Part shown: positions 42,100 to 52,927 of the stretch, in pieces | Layout of the letters: each line of letters begins with the position of its first letter | Numbering within the stretch: position 1 is the stretch's first letter | Program-made: the position numbers and the translations under genes | Origin: an uncultured cyanobacterium | GTDB taxonomy: Bacteria > Cyanobacteriota > Cyanobacteriia > Cyanobacteriales > Cyanobacteriaceae | Direction: 5' to 3' | DNA length: 64,000 bases | Assembly: GCA_963749915.1 (NCBI GenBank) | Contig: CAVVOP010000005.1 | Location: 96,001-160,000, forward strand | Notes under the pieces: generated by a model | What the model was told of the DNA's origin: nothing | Seen by the model: only the letters and a program-made list of their open reading frames with translations | Databases searched by the model: none

Positions 42100-43437
42100 T
42101 TAACTTTGTAGAAGACTTGAAAATTTAACTTTTAACCCATCCTTCGGGTGAGGTGTGGGAATAACTTCCATGGTTAAATCCTGATTTGGTAACAATTCCC
42201 ATTGGTAATTTTGGCTTAATAAGGAGGCAAAAACACGCATTTCTAAACGGGCAAATTCCTTCCCTAAACATTCTCTTAAACCACCGCCAAAAGGCACAAA
42301 ACCGAATTTTTTTTGTTTCTCGGCAGAATTCTCAGGGGAAAAGCGATCGGGATCAAATTTACCTTTATTATGGTAGATAGTCTCATCTTGGTGAGTTTGG
42401 GCAATTTGATATTGTACTGTCCAACCTTTGGGGATATGATAACCTTGAAAACTAAAATCTTCAATAGCTTTCCGAAAACCACCGCCCACAGGTGGAATTA
42501 ACCGCAACACTTCCTTTAAAACTTGTTCTAAATAAGTCATTTCCTTTAACTGTTCTAAATTAAAGGGTACTTGATAATTTAATTTTTGTTGTTCCTGTCG
42601 AATTTTAGCTAAAACTTGGGGATGTTGTGCCGTTAATAAACAAAAGGATGCGATCGCCGATGTCAAGGTTTCATGACCTGCGAATAATAATAATAATACC
42701 TGATCTTTTAATTCTTCTAAGGTTAATCGATCGCCATTTTCATCTTCTGCTGTCAATAATAAACTTAAAGCATCAGAATTAATATTCTCCTCTGTTTGTC
42801 TTTGTTTGACAATAACCTCAATTTCTTGCAACATTTCTTCACGGCATTTTAGGGCTTTCCCGAATTTTGTCCAAGGTAGATTAACAGGAATGCTGAATAA
42901 ACCCTGACACCATTCTTCAAATAAATGACATAATCGAGTTTGTGAGCCGTTGTCAACCCCCACGAATAATTTAGCGGCAATATCAAAGGTATAATTTCTC
43001 AATTCAGGATACCAAGTTAATTCTCCTAAATTTGACCATTTTTGGAGATAATTTGCAGTAATAGCCTCAATAGTAGGCAAATAACTAGCTAATGCTCTCG
43101 GTTGAAAGGCTTGAACTAATATTTTCCGCCTAGAGGTGTGGAAATCGCCATTTTTCACCGCTAAAGATGTTTGTCCTAATAAAATCCTAGTGGTTTTAGG
43201 CCAGGTTGACACTACATATTCATTTTCGTGACGGAACAAAAATTCGTTGGCTTCTGCTCCTACCATTGTGACGGTGGGATTGCCAAAAATATTTGTTTTA
43301 TAAATATTCCCGTGTTTAGCAATTTTATTTTGACTAAAATGGCGATCAAATAAAAAATTAATTGTTTCGCCAATAAAAGGTAAGCCAAAACTTCCTGGAG
43401 GCAAAGGTAATTTTTGTAAATCTGAATTGATATTCAT
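42100..43437 (-). CDS. Cytochrome P450, CYP120-like
   Basis: LPPGSFGLP, FAGHETL, KEVLR, FDPDRF and heme-binding FGGGLRECLG motifs. Confidence 0.93.
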   Translation of the reverse strand: MNINSDLQKLPLPPGSFGLPFIGETINFLFDRHFSQNKIAKHGNIYKTNIFGNPTVTMVGAEANEFLFRHENEYVVSTWPKTTRILLGQTSLAVKNGDFHTSRRKILVQAFQPRALASYLPTIEAITANYLQKWSNLGELTWYPELRNYTFDIAAKLFVGVDNGSQTRLCHLFEEWCQGLFSIPVNLPWTKFGKALKCREEMLQEIEVIVKQRQTEENINSDALSLLLTAEDENGDRLTLEELKDQVLLLLFAGHETLTSAIASFCLLTAQHPQVLAKIRQEQQKLNYQVPFNLEQLKEMTYLEQVLKEVLRLIPPVGGGFRKAIEDFSFQGYHIPKGWTVQYQIAQTHQDETIYHNKGKFDPDRFSPENSAEKQKKFGFVPFGGGLRECLGKEFARLEMRVFASLLSQNYQWELLPNQDLTMEVIPTPHPKDGLKVKFSSLLQS

Positions 43438-43611
43438 GGTTCGCTATATTATTGTTAATAAATTAAATCAAGATAAATAATCTGTAAAAAAGGGATACTA
43501 ACTATAATAAAAAATACATTATATCTAATATTTAAAAACTCGTTAAATATTTCTTAAGTTAAGATAATATAGTTATGTTGTTGTGTTTTAGTATTTAATG
43601 TATCTCTGATT

Positions 43612-44958
43612 ATGTCCAGTTTATCAAGTACTCAAAATTGGGAAGACTCCTTTAATAAAGTCACAGAAAAATTGTTTAATAATTTAACTGACGATGAATA
43701 TTTAATTGTACAACTTAAAGCAGAGCATAGTCATTTTATCAGATTTAATCATGCTAAAGTTAGGCAAACGGGGATAGTTATTGATGGGGAAGTTTCTTTA
43801 AAATTAATTACTAATCAACGGAATGTCCATGCTAATTTTCCTCTTACTGGAAACATAGAAATTGATCTTGAGATAGCCTTAGAAAATCTAGCTTACTTAA
43901 GAAGTGAAATTGCCATTTTACCCGAAGATCCTTATATAGTTTTACCACAAAATCAAGGTTCATCCCACGAAGTTTATCAAGGTAATTTATTGTCTCCTGA
44001 TTTGGCCATAGAAACAATTTTACCCCCGGTACAAAACTTGGATTTTACGGGTTACTATACTGGAGGCTCAATCATTAGGGCAAACTATAACTCTTTAGGC
44101 CAAAAACATTGGTTTGCAACGGATTCTTTTTTTATTGACTATTCCTTAATTAATGCTAATCATAAGGCGATTAAAGGTATTTTTTCCGCCCATGATTGGA
44201 ATTTAGACAAGTATAAACATCAAATTAACTACCATAAACAAGAGTTGCAACAGTTAGATTTACCTATCCATGAGGTTAAACCTGGCAGTTACCGCACCTA
44301 TTTAGCGCCTGCGGCTATGGCAGATTTATTGGCGATGTTTTCTTGGGGGGGTATCAGTGAGGCTTCTTTACGTCAGGGGGATAGTGCTTTAGCTTCTTTG
44401 CGTCAGGGAGAAAATCTGTCACCGTTATTCAATCTTAAAGAAAATTTCCACAGTGGCAATACGCCTCGTTTCAATGATTTTGGAGAAATGTCTGCCGATG
44501 AGTTACTGTTGATTGTCGAGGGTAAATTAGTTAATAGTTTAATTAACGGTCGCACGGCAGTAGAATATGGCTTAAAATCGAATGGTGCTAGTAGTTTTGA
44601 AGGATTGCGATCGCCAGAAGTCACCATGGGTAGCTTATCAGAAGAGGATATTTTTAAAGCCATTGACACGGGTTTATATTTATCCAATTTACATTATCTC
44701 AATTGGAGCGATCAAAGACAAGGAAGAATTACAGGGATGACTCGTTACGGTTGTTTTTGGGTAGAAAATGGGGAAATTGTGGCAACTATTAAAGATTTAC
44801 GCTTTGATGATTCTTTATACTCTTTCTTTGGCAAAAATTTATTAGCCTTAACGGATTTTCGGGAATTTATCCCCGAAGTTAGTACCTACGAATCAAGATC
44901 TTTAGGGGGTTGTTTAATACCTGGAGGGTTGGTAGATAATTTTACCTTTACTCTTTGA
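43612..44958 (+). CDS. TldD/PmbA-family protein (TldE-like)
   Basis: IRFNHAKVRQ, PGSYRTYLAP, LHYLNWSD..ITGMTRY and LRFDDS motifs. Confidence 0.88.
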   Translation: MSSLSSTQNWEDSFNKVTEKLFNNLTDDEYLIVQLKAEHSHFIRFNHAKVRQTGIVIDGEVSLKLITNQRNVHANFPLTGNIEIDLEIALENLAYLRSEIAILPEDPYIVLPQNQGSSHEVYQGNLLSPDLAIETILPPVQNLDFTGYYTGGSIIRANYNSLGQKHWFATDSFFIDYSLINANHKAIKGIFSAHDWNLDKYKHQINYHKQELQQLDLPIHEVKPGSYRTYLAPAAMADLLAMFSWGGISEASLRQGDSALASLRQGENLSPLFNLKENFHSGNTPRFNDFGEMSADELLLIVEGKLVNSLINGRTAVEYGLKSNGASSFEGLRSPEVTMGSLSEEDIFKAIDTGLYLSNLHYLNWSDQRQGRITGMTRYGCFWVENGEIVATIKDLRFDDSLYSFFGKNLLALTDFREFIPEVSTYESRSLGGCLIPGGLVDNFTFTL

Positions 44959-45034
44959 TCTAATTTTTCTCTAAATATGAATGAAGCATCGTTAACTATA
45001 ATCGTGATTTTGAAAATATTATCTCCATTAAATT

Positions 45035-46147
45035 TTAAAACAAATTATTATTCTCGATTATCCATTGTCCATTATTTCCTAGTGCTATTATATTGTGTTT
45101 ACGATCGAATAAAATAGCCCCCACTTTGACAAAATGATCAGAATGTTTTTTGATATACTCTTGAGCGTTATGTTCAATCCTATTCGCCATAAATTGATAA
45201 ATTTGCTCGGTAAAATTACTATTATTTTCTTGATCAAAATCTTTCAAAATTCCTAATGCCGACTCAGTAGTTTCCGCAGTAAATATTTGTTTAATCATAT
45301 TATTTGGTAACTCTAAATTGGCACTAATAGCCGTTAAGATTTCTAGTCTTGCGTCTGCTAAATAGTGATGAGTGTGAAAAATATTTCCTGCTAATTTAAT
45401 TAATTTGCCATGATAACCTAATAAACTAATCGAGTTAACTTTAGCCACTGAAGCTGTTACTAACATTGGGCCTAACCAATTAGCAGTTTTAATTATTTGC
45501 TCAGAATTAAAGCCTAATTTAGTAGCTAAATTTAAGCCATTTTCTCCTATACAAAAAACTAAATTATCAAAATTTTTTGCCTTATCTATTAATTTGTGTT
45601 GATATAATTCTAGCTGTTTTTTACTTGTTAAAGGTTGAGAAATTCCCGTTGTACCTAGTAATGATAAACCTTCCACAACTCCAAAAGCAGAATTAGAAGT
45701 TCTTTCAGCGAGTTTTTTTCCTTCTGGCAAAATAATTTTTACATCAACGATCCCCACTATTTTTAAATTATCTAATAGATTCTTTTCTAGCAGTTTTTGT
45801 GCATAGGAATAAATAGCATATTTACGATCTAAATTGACAATTTTACCGACTCCTTCCCCCCCATCAATAATTAACTTAGTTTCACTATTCGGGGTCAAAG
45901 TTACGATCGCCCAAATGGGAGTATCACGGGTTAAATCTAAATTATCACCTGGATATGATCTGGTAATTGCTAAGGCTTGATTATCACTTATTTTAGCGAT
46001 TTGTTCAATATTAATAGTTGCCAATTCAGCAGGTTTAATTAAGTCAATATTGACCTGATTTTGTATATAATCATTTTGTAAATATTGTAAAGCTGCCACC
46101 GCCGAAGCAGTGGCAAAAACCGGTAAAGTATAGCCTGAATTAATCAT
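45035..46147 (-). CDS. cbiD: Cobalt-precorrin-5B C1-methyltransferase
   Basis: SGYTLP, GGEGVG, RTSNSAFGVVEGLSLLGTTG and GYHGKLIKLAG motifs. Confidence 0.95.
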   Translation of the reverse strand: MINSGYTLPVFATASAVAALQYLQNDYIQNQVNIDLIKPAELATINIEQIAKISDNQALAITRSYPGDNLDLTRDTPIWAIVTLTPNSETKLIIDGGEGVGKIVNLDRKYAIYSYAQKLLEKNLLDNLKIVGIVDVKIILPEGKKLAERTSNSAFGVVEGLSLLGTTGISQPLTSKKQLELYQHKLIDKAKNFDNLVFCIGENGLNLATKLGFNSEQIIKTANWLGPMLVTASVAKVNSISLLGYHGKLIKLAGNIFHTHHYLADARLEILTAISANLELPNNMIKQIFTAETTESALGILKDFDQENNSNFTEQIYQFMANRIEHNAQEYIKKHSDHFVKVGAILFDRKHNIIALGNNGQWIIENNNLF

Positions 46148-46361
46148 AATTACTCATAAATCCTGCTACCATGAGCAATAAGGATAACAAATGACCTGAG
46201 GGCGACATGGTCTCTTCTTTATAACTCTCCCGGCCCTCAACATCTTCTTTTGTGGTAATATTCTCTCACAAAATGTATTAAAATTTCCGCGTAACTGACT
46301 TGAAAGCGTGTATTTCATTATCATACTGAGATCTTGCACTCAAAATCTGAAGTTATATATT

Positions 46362-46406
46362 ACTAACTTATTACTTATTACTTATTACTTTTTACTTTTT
46401 ACTTTT
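46362..46406. repeat. Heptamer tandem array TTACTTA/TTACTTT
   Basis: Directly visible 7-nt repeats. Confidence 0.8.
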
Positions 46407-46702
46407 CCCTCACAGTAACCTTTTCGGCACGCTTCCGAGCAGTATTGAATCCCTAACACCTTTTATTAAGTATTTATGTACTAGTAAAGCATCTGAGTCA
46501 TAGGTAACAATCATGATTTTTTTCTTGATAGATTGACAGAGTATAAAGTAAAGATGTTTGCTAGTCCTGTGTTGACATTTCAGATAGACTTAGATGTAAG
46601 AATCAAGATAAAATTTAGTAGGATCAGCAATTATGTGCATTTAAGCAGATTACTATTATTTATTATCTTTAAAAGCCCCTAAAATTTTATTATTAATTCA
46701 AA

Positions 46703-47452
46703 ATGAGTGTTAAGCAAAGTTTAATTGAATTACCTTTAGATTTAGATCGAAAACGGATTCCTCATCATGTAGCGGTGATTATGGATGGCAATGGGCGTTG
46801 GGCGAAAGGCCGAGGTTTCCCTCGTATTGTTGGACATCAGAAGGGGGTTGATGCACTTAAGGATTTACTGCGTTGTTGTGATGATTGGGGTATCAAAGTT
46901 TTAACTGCTTATGCTTTTTCCACGGAAAACTGGAGACGACCTACCCATGAAGTGGAATTTTTAATGACTTTATTTGAAAGGGTTTTGCGTCGTGAATTAG
47001 AAGAAATGATGGCGAAAGATGTCAGAATTCGTTTTATCGGTGATTTAAAGGCTTTACCTGATTCTTTACAGGCAGAAATCGCTCATTCTATGAAACAAAC
47101 GGAGCATAATAAGGGTATCCAGTTTAATATTGCTACCAATTATGGTAGTCGCCAAGAAATTCTCCATGCTTGTCAGGCGATCGCCTCTTTAGTTAAGGAA
47201 GAAAAGATACAGTTAGAAGATATTAATGAAGACTTATTGGAAAATCATCTTTATACAGTGGGTATTGCCAACCCTGATTTATTAATTCGTACCAGTGGCG
47301 AAATGCGTTTAAGTAATTTTCTCCTATGGCAAATGGCTTACGGAGAAATTTATGTTACGCAAACTCTCTGGCCTGACTTTAACCGTAAGGAATTTCATCA
47401 GGCTTTATTCGATTATCAAAAGCGAGATCGCCGTTTCGGTAAATTAACCTGA
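46703..47452 (+). CDS. uppS: Undecaprenyl diphosphate synthase (isoprenyl transferase)
   Basis: [24 protein letters not shown] and [20 protein letters not shown] motifs. Confidence 0.97.
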   Translation: MSVKQSLIELPLDLDRKRIPHHVAVIMDGNGRWAKGRGFPRIVGHQKGVDALKDLLRCCDDWGIKVLTAYAFSTENWRRPTHEVEFLMTLFERVLRRELEEMMAKDVRIRFIGDLKALPDSLQAEIAHSMKQTEHNKGIQFNIATNYGSRQEILHACQAIASLVKEEKIQLEDINEDLLENHLYTVGIANPDLLIRTSGEMRLSNFLLWQMAYGEIYVTQTLWPDFNRKEFHQALFDYQKRDRRFGKLT

Positions 47453-47538
47453 GTATTGGATAAGTAAGCGAATCAGCTCTAATAGTTATAGATTAAGAAA
47501 ATATTTATTTACTATGGCTTATTCTCTTTTTTCATTGT

Positions 47539-49776
47539 TTATTGTTCATTAATCTTGACGTTTTTGATTAACCATCGATCATCATCTTTGACTAATTCAT
47601 ACCTAACAAGTAAATCTTCTTGGTAAGATAAACGGGGAATGAATGCACCATTACGATAATACTGAGATTTTTCGCTAATTTTAGCGGTAATCATCCCTTG
47701 GGTTATATCTTGAGGATTAACTTCAGCGGATTCTACCTTTACCTGGTGTTCATAACGTCGATAGGCGTTTTTATTTCTCAAATCTCGGCTATTACTTACC
47801 CATCGAGATAGTTGTGGTTCTGTTAATATTTTCGTTAACCCATTAATATTATATTCGGGACCCGTCGCTTGGGCTTTAGCATTCAACCATTGATTAATAA
47901 TTTCCATCGCCGTAGTTTGATTCAACTCATTTAAGGTTTGATTGATTATTTCTTCATTAGTTGGCGGCAATGCTATTAATGGTTCAGAAATCGGAATTTC
48001 CAATTTACCCCAGGAAGATTTAGGAGATAGCAATAATTTTGATGCCCCAAAGGCGATCGCAATTGAAAGGAATAAAATTAATAAGAACCAAATAATCAAG
48101 TTGCTTTGATCCTCAGAATCAGTATTAGTTTCACCAGTATTGGGGAAAGTTTGATGGGTGTCAGATATAACACTATGAGAAGAATCTTGTTTATCTTCTT
48201 CTACTTCCGCGTCGAGAAAATCATTAAAACCAATTAATTCCTCGTTGTCCCCCTCATATTTCCCCGACACCAATAAGCTAATACCCTGACTTTCTCCTTC
48301 GCTAGAGTTTATATTAACTTCAGCCGTAGCCGATTGAGAATAATTTCCGTTGATAATTTGTTCTTCATAACCAGTTTGATCTTTTAGCTCGTTAAATTGC
48401 GTAAAAGAATAAGATTGATCACCAACAGTTTCACCACCATCGGGTAATTCTAACTCAGGAGAAGAGGACATTTGACTATCTTCCAAGTCTTTAGTTAAGG
48501 AAGTGGTAATAGTGTCTAAATATGCTTGTACTCGATCGTTGGCAAAATATTTTTGCAAGGAAGGGTTTTGAGAAGTTAAATTTTTGAACTGGGGGAATAC
48601 CTCCGTTTGTAGCCATTTTTCTGTATAAACGCACAATCCAGGCAAAAGATCAGGAGATCCTTGTGACATCTCTTGAATATAATCAATTACCTTTTTTTCT
48701 CGACTTTGACTTAAAGAAAATTCAGCTTCGGCAGTTTGACCTAACAGTAACGCACAAATAGATTGCTCTAAATAAACATCCTGATGAATGGTAAGGGAAA
48801 TAAGACTATTTTTTGCCCTAATAATAAATTCTGGTCGTCTTTCAGTAAAACCTCTAGCAATTCCAGCATAAGCCGCTAAATATCCGGCCGCAGGGGAAGG
48901 TCGTTGTGCTTCTTCTTCAAATAATACTTGTTGTTCTTCAGGGGTTAAATAAACCCTAATTTGTTGAATAAATCGTAAAAAACCGTCAACATCTAACCCA
49001 GACTCGTCTATTATCTGATTTTCGATGCCTCCTCGGCTGTTAAACATCTTCCTGAGTAATTTAATGCCTTTTTGTCGCCCATCAATATCACTATCTTCTC
49101 TATTCAATAACTCTAGTACTTGATAAGGGCGTAATTTTCCTAAATCTTGCTTGATTTCTTTTCTTAAACTAGGGAATAAATCCTCTTGAAATAGTAATTG
49201 ATAAGATTCCCCAAGAGAATTAGATGCTAACTCATATTGTTTTTCCTGCCATTGTTCTTTTGCCAGTTCTAAATAGGCTAAAACTACGCTTAAAACTAAA
49301 TCTTGCCCAATTTGAGTAAGTTCTTCTTCTCAATCACTTAAATTACTCAAATTGCTTTTATCTTGTATATAGGGTTGACTTAAAGACAAAATTAACTCAT
49401 ATTCCCCTAAATCTAAGAAAGTTATCAGAGTGCCAATAAATAAACTTTCATCAATCTCAATAACTGTATTCTGAACTACATCTAAATTTTCATCGGAAAG
49501 GCTTAGTGATTCTTCTGCTTCCTCTGACTCCCCCGCGACATCTTCATCTTCTGTAACTGGTGAAAAGAAAGACGATTCGTACTCCAAACGGGATTCTTCA
49601 TTGCTTAAAACACTATAGGCTTGTTGAAGTAAATTATTCCGGGAAGTAATGGCATATTCGCTGTAGCCCTTATGAGGTAACTGAATAATGCGATCTTGAT
49701 AGGCTTGTTCAATCAAGTTTGATTCAGCTTGAATGGGTATGCCGAGAATGCGATAGTAATCTAAGGAAATTTGCAC
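47539..49776 (-). pseudogene. ftn2: Cell division protein Ftn2/ZipN (ARC6 homologue) interrupted by one in-frame TGA at codon 149
   Basis: J-like N-terminus (LDYYRILG); the same frame continues past the TGA at 49330-49332 with DLVLSVVLAYLELAKEQWQ..KLRPYQVLELL; PDLLPGLCVYTEKWL; C-terminal DUF4101-like domain. Confidence 0.85.
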
Positions 49777-50061
49777 GACTTACTTTTTATGGGGATTACG
49801 GGATTACAGGGAAATTTTGTTTACCAATTTGAGATCTTAACATTTACTCAGTAATAGACAAGAAAATTTTAACTCATATTTCTGAGTATTGGATTATCTG
49901 AAGTTCGGGATTCGGATATATATAGTCGTTCTCCTTAATTAACACATATATTTGTCTCAATCTTAATTGAAATAACTATAATTGCTATCTTCTGCCTTTT
50001 GCCATTGATTATTATTCACGGATACTTAATAATGAGTTATGGATAACTAAAATAAAATACT

Positions 50062-51090
50062 ATGGCTGAAGAAAGAACTCTCCCCAAATTTGACTATTCT
50101 ACAGTTAAAATCTCTAAAGAAGAAAGTTTAATTTATTATGAAGATATGGTTTTAGGACGCTTATTTGAGGATAAGTGTGCTGAAATGTATTACCGTGGTA
50201 GAATGTTCGGTTTTGTTCACCTTTATAATGGACAAGAAGCGGTTTCTAGCGGTATTATTAAGTCTTTACGTCCAGATCAAGATTATGTATGTAGTACTTA
50301 TCGAGATCATGTCCATGCTTTAAGTAGTGGTGTCCCCGCCAAGGAAGTAATGGCAGAACTTTTCGGGAAGGCAACGGGTTGTAGTAAGGGACGTGGTGGT
50401 TCGATGCACATGTTTTCTGAACCCCATAAATTGTTAGGAGGATATGCGTTTGTAGCAGAAGGCATACCTGTGGCCACAGGAACGGCCTATCAAAGTATGT
50501 ATCGTCGTAAGGCTTTAGGGGAAGATTTTGATCAGGTGACGGTATGTTTTTTCGGTGATGGTGCTAGTAATAACGGTCAGTTTTTTGAATGTCTGAACAT
50601 GGCAGCATTGTGGAAATTACCGATTCTTTATGTAGTAGAAAATAATAAATGGGCCATCGGCATGGCACATGATCGAGCGACTTCCCAACCAGAAATTTAT
50701 AAGAAAGCCAGTGTTTTCAATATGGAAGGTTATGAAGTTGACGGCATGGATTTATTAGCGGTGAGAGACATAGCACAAACAGCCATCGCCCGTGCTAGGT
50801 CAGGTGAAGGACCTACTTTAATTGAAGCGTTAACCTATCGTTTTCGTGGTCACTCCTTAGCAGATCCCGATGAATTGAGAGATCCTACAGAAAAAGAATT
50901 TTGGAATGCTAGGGATCCCATCAAAAAATTTGCCACTTATTTAACAGAACATAACATTGTTTCCCAATCAGAATTAGACACTATTGATAAAAAAGTACAA
51001 CAGGATATCGACGAGGCGGTAGAGTTTGCTGAAGCCAGTCCCGAACCTGATCCTAGCGAATTATATCGTTATATTTTCGCAGACGATTAA
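50062..51090 (+). CDS. pdhA: Pyruvate dehydrogenase E1 alpha subunit
   Basis: [25 protein letters not shown] and [12 protein letters not shown] motifs. Confidence 0.98.
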   Translation: MAEERTLPKFDYSTVKISKEESLIYYEDMVLGRLFEDKCAEMYYRGRMFGFVHLYNGQEAVSSGIIKSLRPDQDYVCSTYRDHVHALSSGVPAKEVMAELFGKATGCSKGRGGSMHMFSEPHKLLGGYAFVAEGIPVATGTAYQSMYRRKALGEDFDQVTVCFFGDGASNNGQFFECLNMAALWKLPILYVVENNKWAIGMAHDRATSQPEIYKKASVFNMEGYEVDGMDLLAVRDIAQTAIARARSGEGPTLIEALTYRFRGHSLADPDELRDPTEKEFWNARDPIKKFATYLTEHNIVSQSELDTIDKKVQQDIDEAVEFAEASPEPDPSELYRYIFADD

Positions 51091-51560
51091 TCATGGCAGT
51101 TAACAGTTAACACAATTCTGTTGGCGAACTTAATAAATGGGTTATGGCGAGAAGACAGGAGACATGATCATTAATACTTAAGTAACTTTTGTTAAGTGTA
51201 GAGAATTTTTTTGAAAATAGCTCGGTTTTTTGTATTTAACATAATCTTTACAAATGTTTAAACTTTATGCAATCATTATATAATATATATAATATAAAGA
51301 CTTTATAACTAGATTTTTATTGTAGCTCAAACATGTTTTCAAATTAACAAGTATAATTTGTAAATATAATTACTTAAGTATACTGACATAGAAATTTTAT
51401 GGAAGGGTTGACTAATGGTATCTAGGAAGAAACATTTAGTATACATGAACTGTAAAAAAGTTTTTCTTAACAGTAGAATTGAGTGGTACTCTTAAAAAAT
51501 ATCGATTTGACAAAATATACCTGTTTTCGTTTAAATTGATTTGCAAGTCATTGAATTCTC

Positions 51561-52790
51561 ATGAATAAAGTAAACCTTTTTAACATCTCCATTGATAATA
51601 TTTCCTTATCGAATCTACTCAAAAAGTTAACGGAAAACGGCGGATTTGTTGTCACTCCTAATGTAGATCATTTAGTGAAATTGCAGAAAGACGCCGATTT
51701 TCTCAGGGCTTATAAAATGGCTGACTATGTGGTTTGTGATGGTAAAATCCTTCAGTATGTCCTCAAATTCTTAGGAAAGCCGATACCGGCAAAAATCTCC
51801 GGCTCAGATTTACTACCCGCTTTTTACCATTACAATCGGTATAATAGAGGTATTAAAATTTTTCTTCTTGGGGGTAAAAAAGGAGTTGCACGAAGGGCTG
51901 CAAATAAGATTAATCGAAAAGTAGGCAGAAAAATAGCGGTTTGTGCTTTATCCCCTAGTTTTGGTTTTGAAAATAACCCTTCGGAATGTTTGGCTATCAT
52001 CGATAAGATTAATCAATCCGGTGCTAATGTATTAGTAATTGGTGTGGGTGCACCGAAACAAGAAAAATGGATTGTTAAATATCGCTCTTTGTTACCTAAT
52101 ATTAAGGTTTTTTTACCCATTGGAGCTGCTATTGATTTCGAGGCTGGATATAAACGGCGGGCACCTGAATGGATGAGTCATATAGGTTTGGAGTGGCTTT
52201 ATCGTCTAATTTCCGAACCACAAAGACTATGGAAACGCTATTTAGTTGATAGTATTCCTTTTCTTCTCCATGTGGTGCAACATCGCCTTGATATTTATAG
52301 AAATAATCCCATTCTTGAATTAAAATCGATGCCTTTAGGAATGATATTAAATCATGCGGGGTTATTATCTGATGACGAGTTAACGATGATATTAAACACT
52401 CAAAAAGAACAAAACTACCAGGTAAATTTAGAGCAGGTTATCAAAAGTTTTGGTTTGTTATCTCAAAAAACTATTACTTTTTTTGCCGACGAATTACCGA
52501 AGATTATCGAATTCAATGAAGTGCGTAGTATTAATGATTACATGCAAGAAGCTGATTTAATTTCCCCTTCACAGATTAATTATTTACAGCAAAAACGACA
52601 ACAATTACTAACCCCGAAAAAATTAAGTGAGTTAATAGTCGAGTCAGGTTATATTTCGCAGAAAACTTTAGATTGGTTTATCCAATTTCAGGATATGTTA
52701 AAATCCCAACAAGGAAAACACCCGACCTTTAAACAAATCTATCGAGAATTAGAAGTCTCAACCTCTCCCATAGAAATTTTCAGGAATTAG
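51561..52790 (+). CDS. WecB/TagA/CpsF glycosyltransferase with a C-terminal MshEN-like extension
   Basis: VVTPNVDH, ISGSDL, GVGAPKQEKW and GLEWLYRL..EPQRLWKRY motifs; tail PLGMILNHAGLLS..KLSELIVESGYIS. Confidence 0.88.
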   Translation: MNKVNLFNISIDNISLSNLLKKLTENGGFVVTPNVDHLVKLQKDADFLRAYKMADYVVCDGKILQYVLKFLGKPIPAKISGSDLLPAFYHYNRYNRGIKIFLLGGKKGVARRAANKINRKVGRKIAVCALSPSFGFENNPSECLAIIDKINQSGANVLVIGVGAPKQEKWIVKYRSLLPNIKVFLPIGAAIDFEAGYKRRAPEWMSHIGLEWLYRLISEPQRLWKRYLVDSIPFLLHVVQHRLDIYRNNPILELKSMPLGMILNHAGLLSDDELTMILNTQKEQNYQVNLEQVIKSFGLLSQKTITFFADELPKIIEFNEVRSINDYMQEADLISPSQINYLQQKRQQLLTPKKLSELIVESGYISQKTLDWFIQFQDMLKSQQGKHPTFKQIYRELEVSTSPIEIFRN

Positions 52791-52927
52791 GGTAGTAGTT
52801 TATCAACACAGAAACGAGGAACAAAAGTTATCAATTTTTCAGTCATCCCTCGACTACCGACTCCCTAATAGCTTACTCGCATAGGTTTTTTGCGAACTGG
52901 GGATGGCAAGATAAGAAGGATCATAAT

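Noticed and set aside
46150..46700. Cobalamin or c-di-AMP riboswitch, or SRP RNA, in the cbiD-uppS intergenic region
   Set aside because: No B12 box, ydaO core or SRP loop motif could be matched by eye
49300..49335. Selenocysteine recoding of the ftn2 TGA
   Set aside because: No SECIS-like hairpin directly downstream, and the position is a non-catalytic linker
51360..51373. NtcA-like box GTA-N8-TAC upstream of the WecB gene
   Set aside because: Very AT-rich context and no properly spaced -10 element; likely chance
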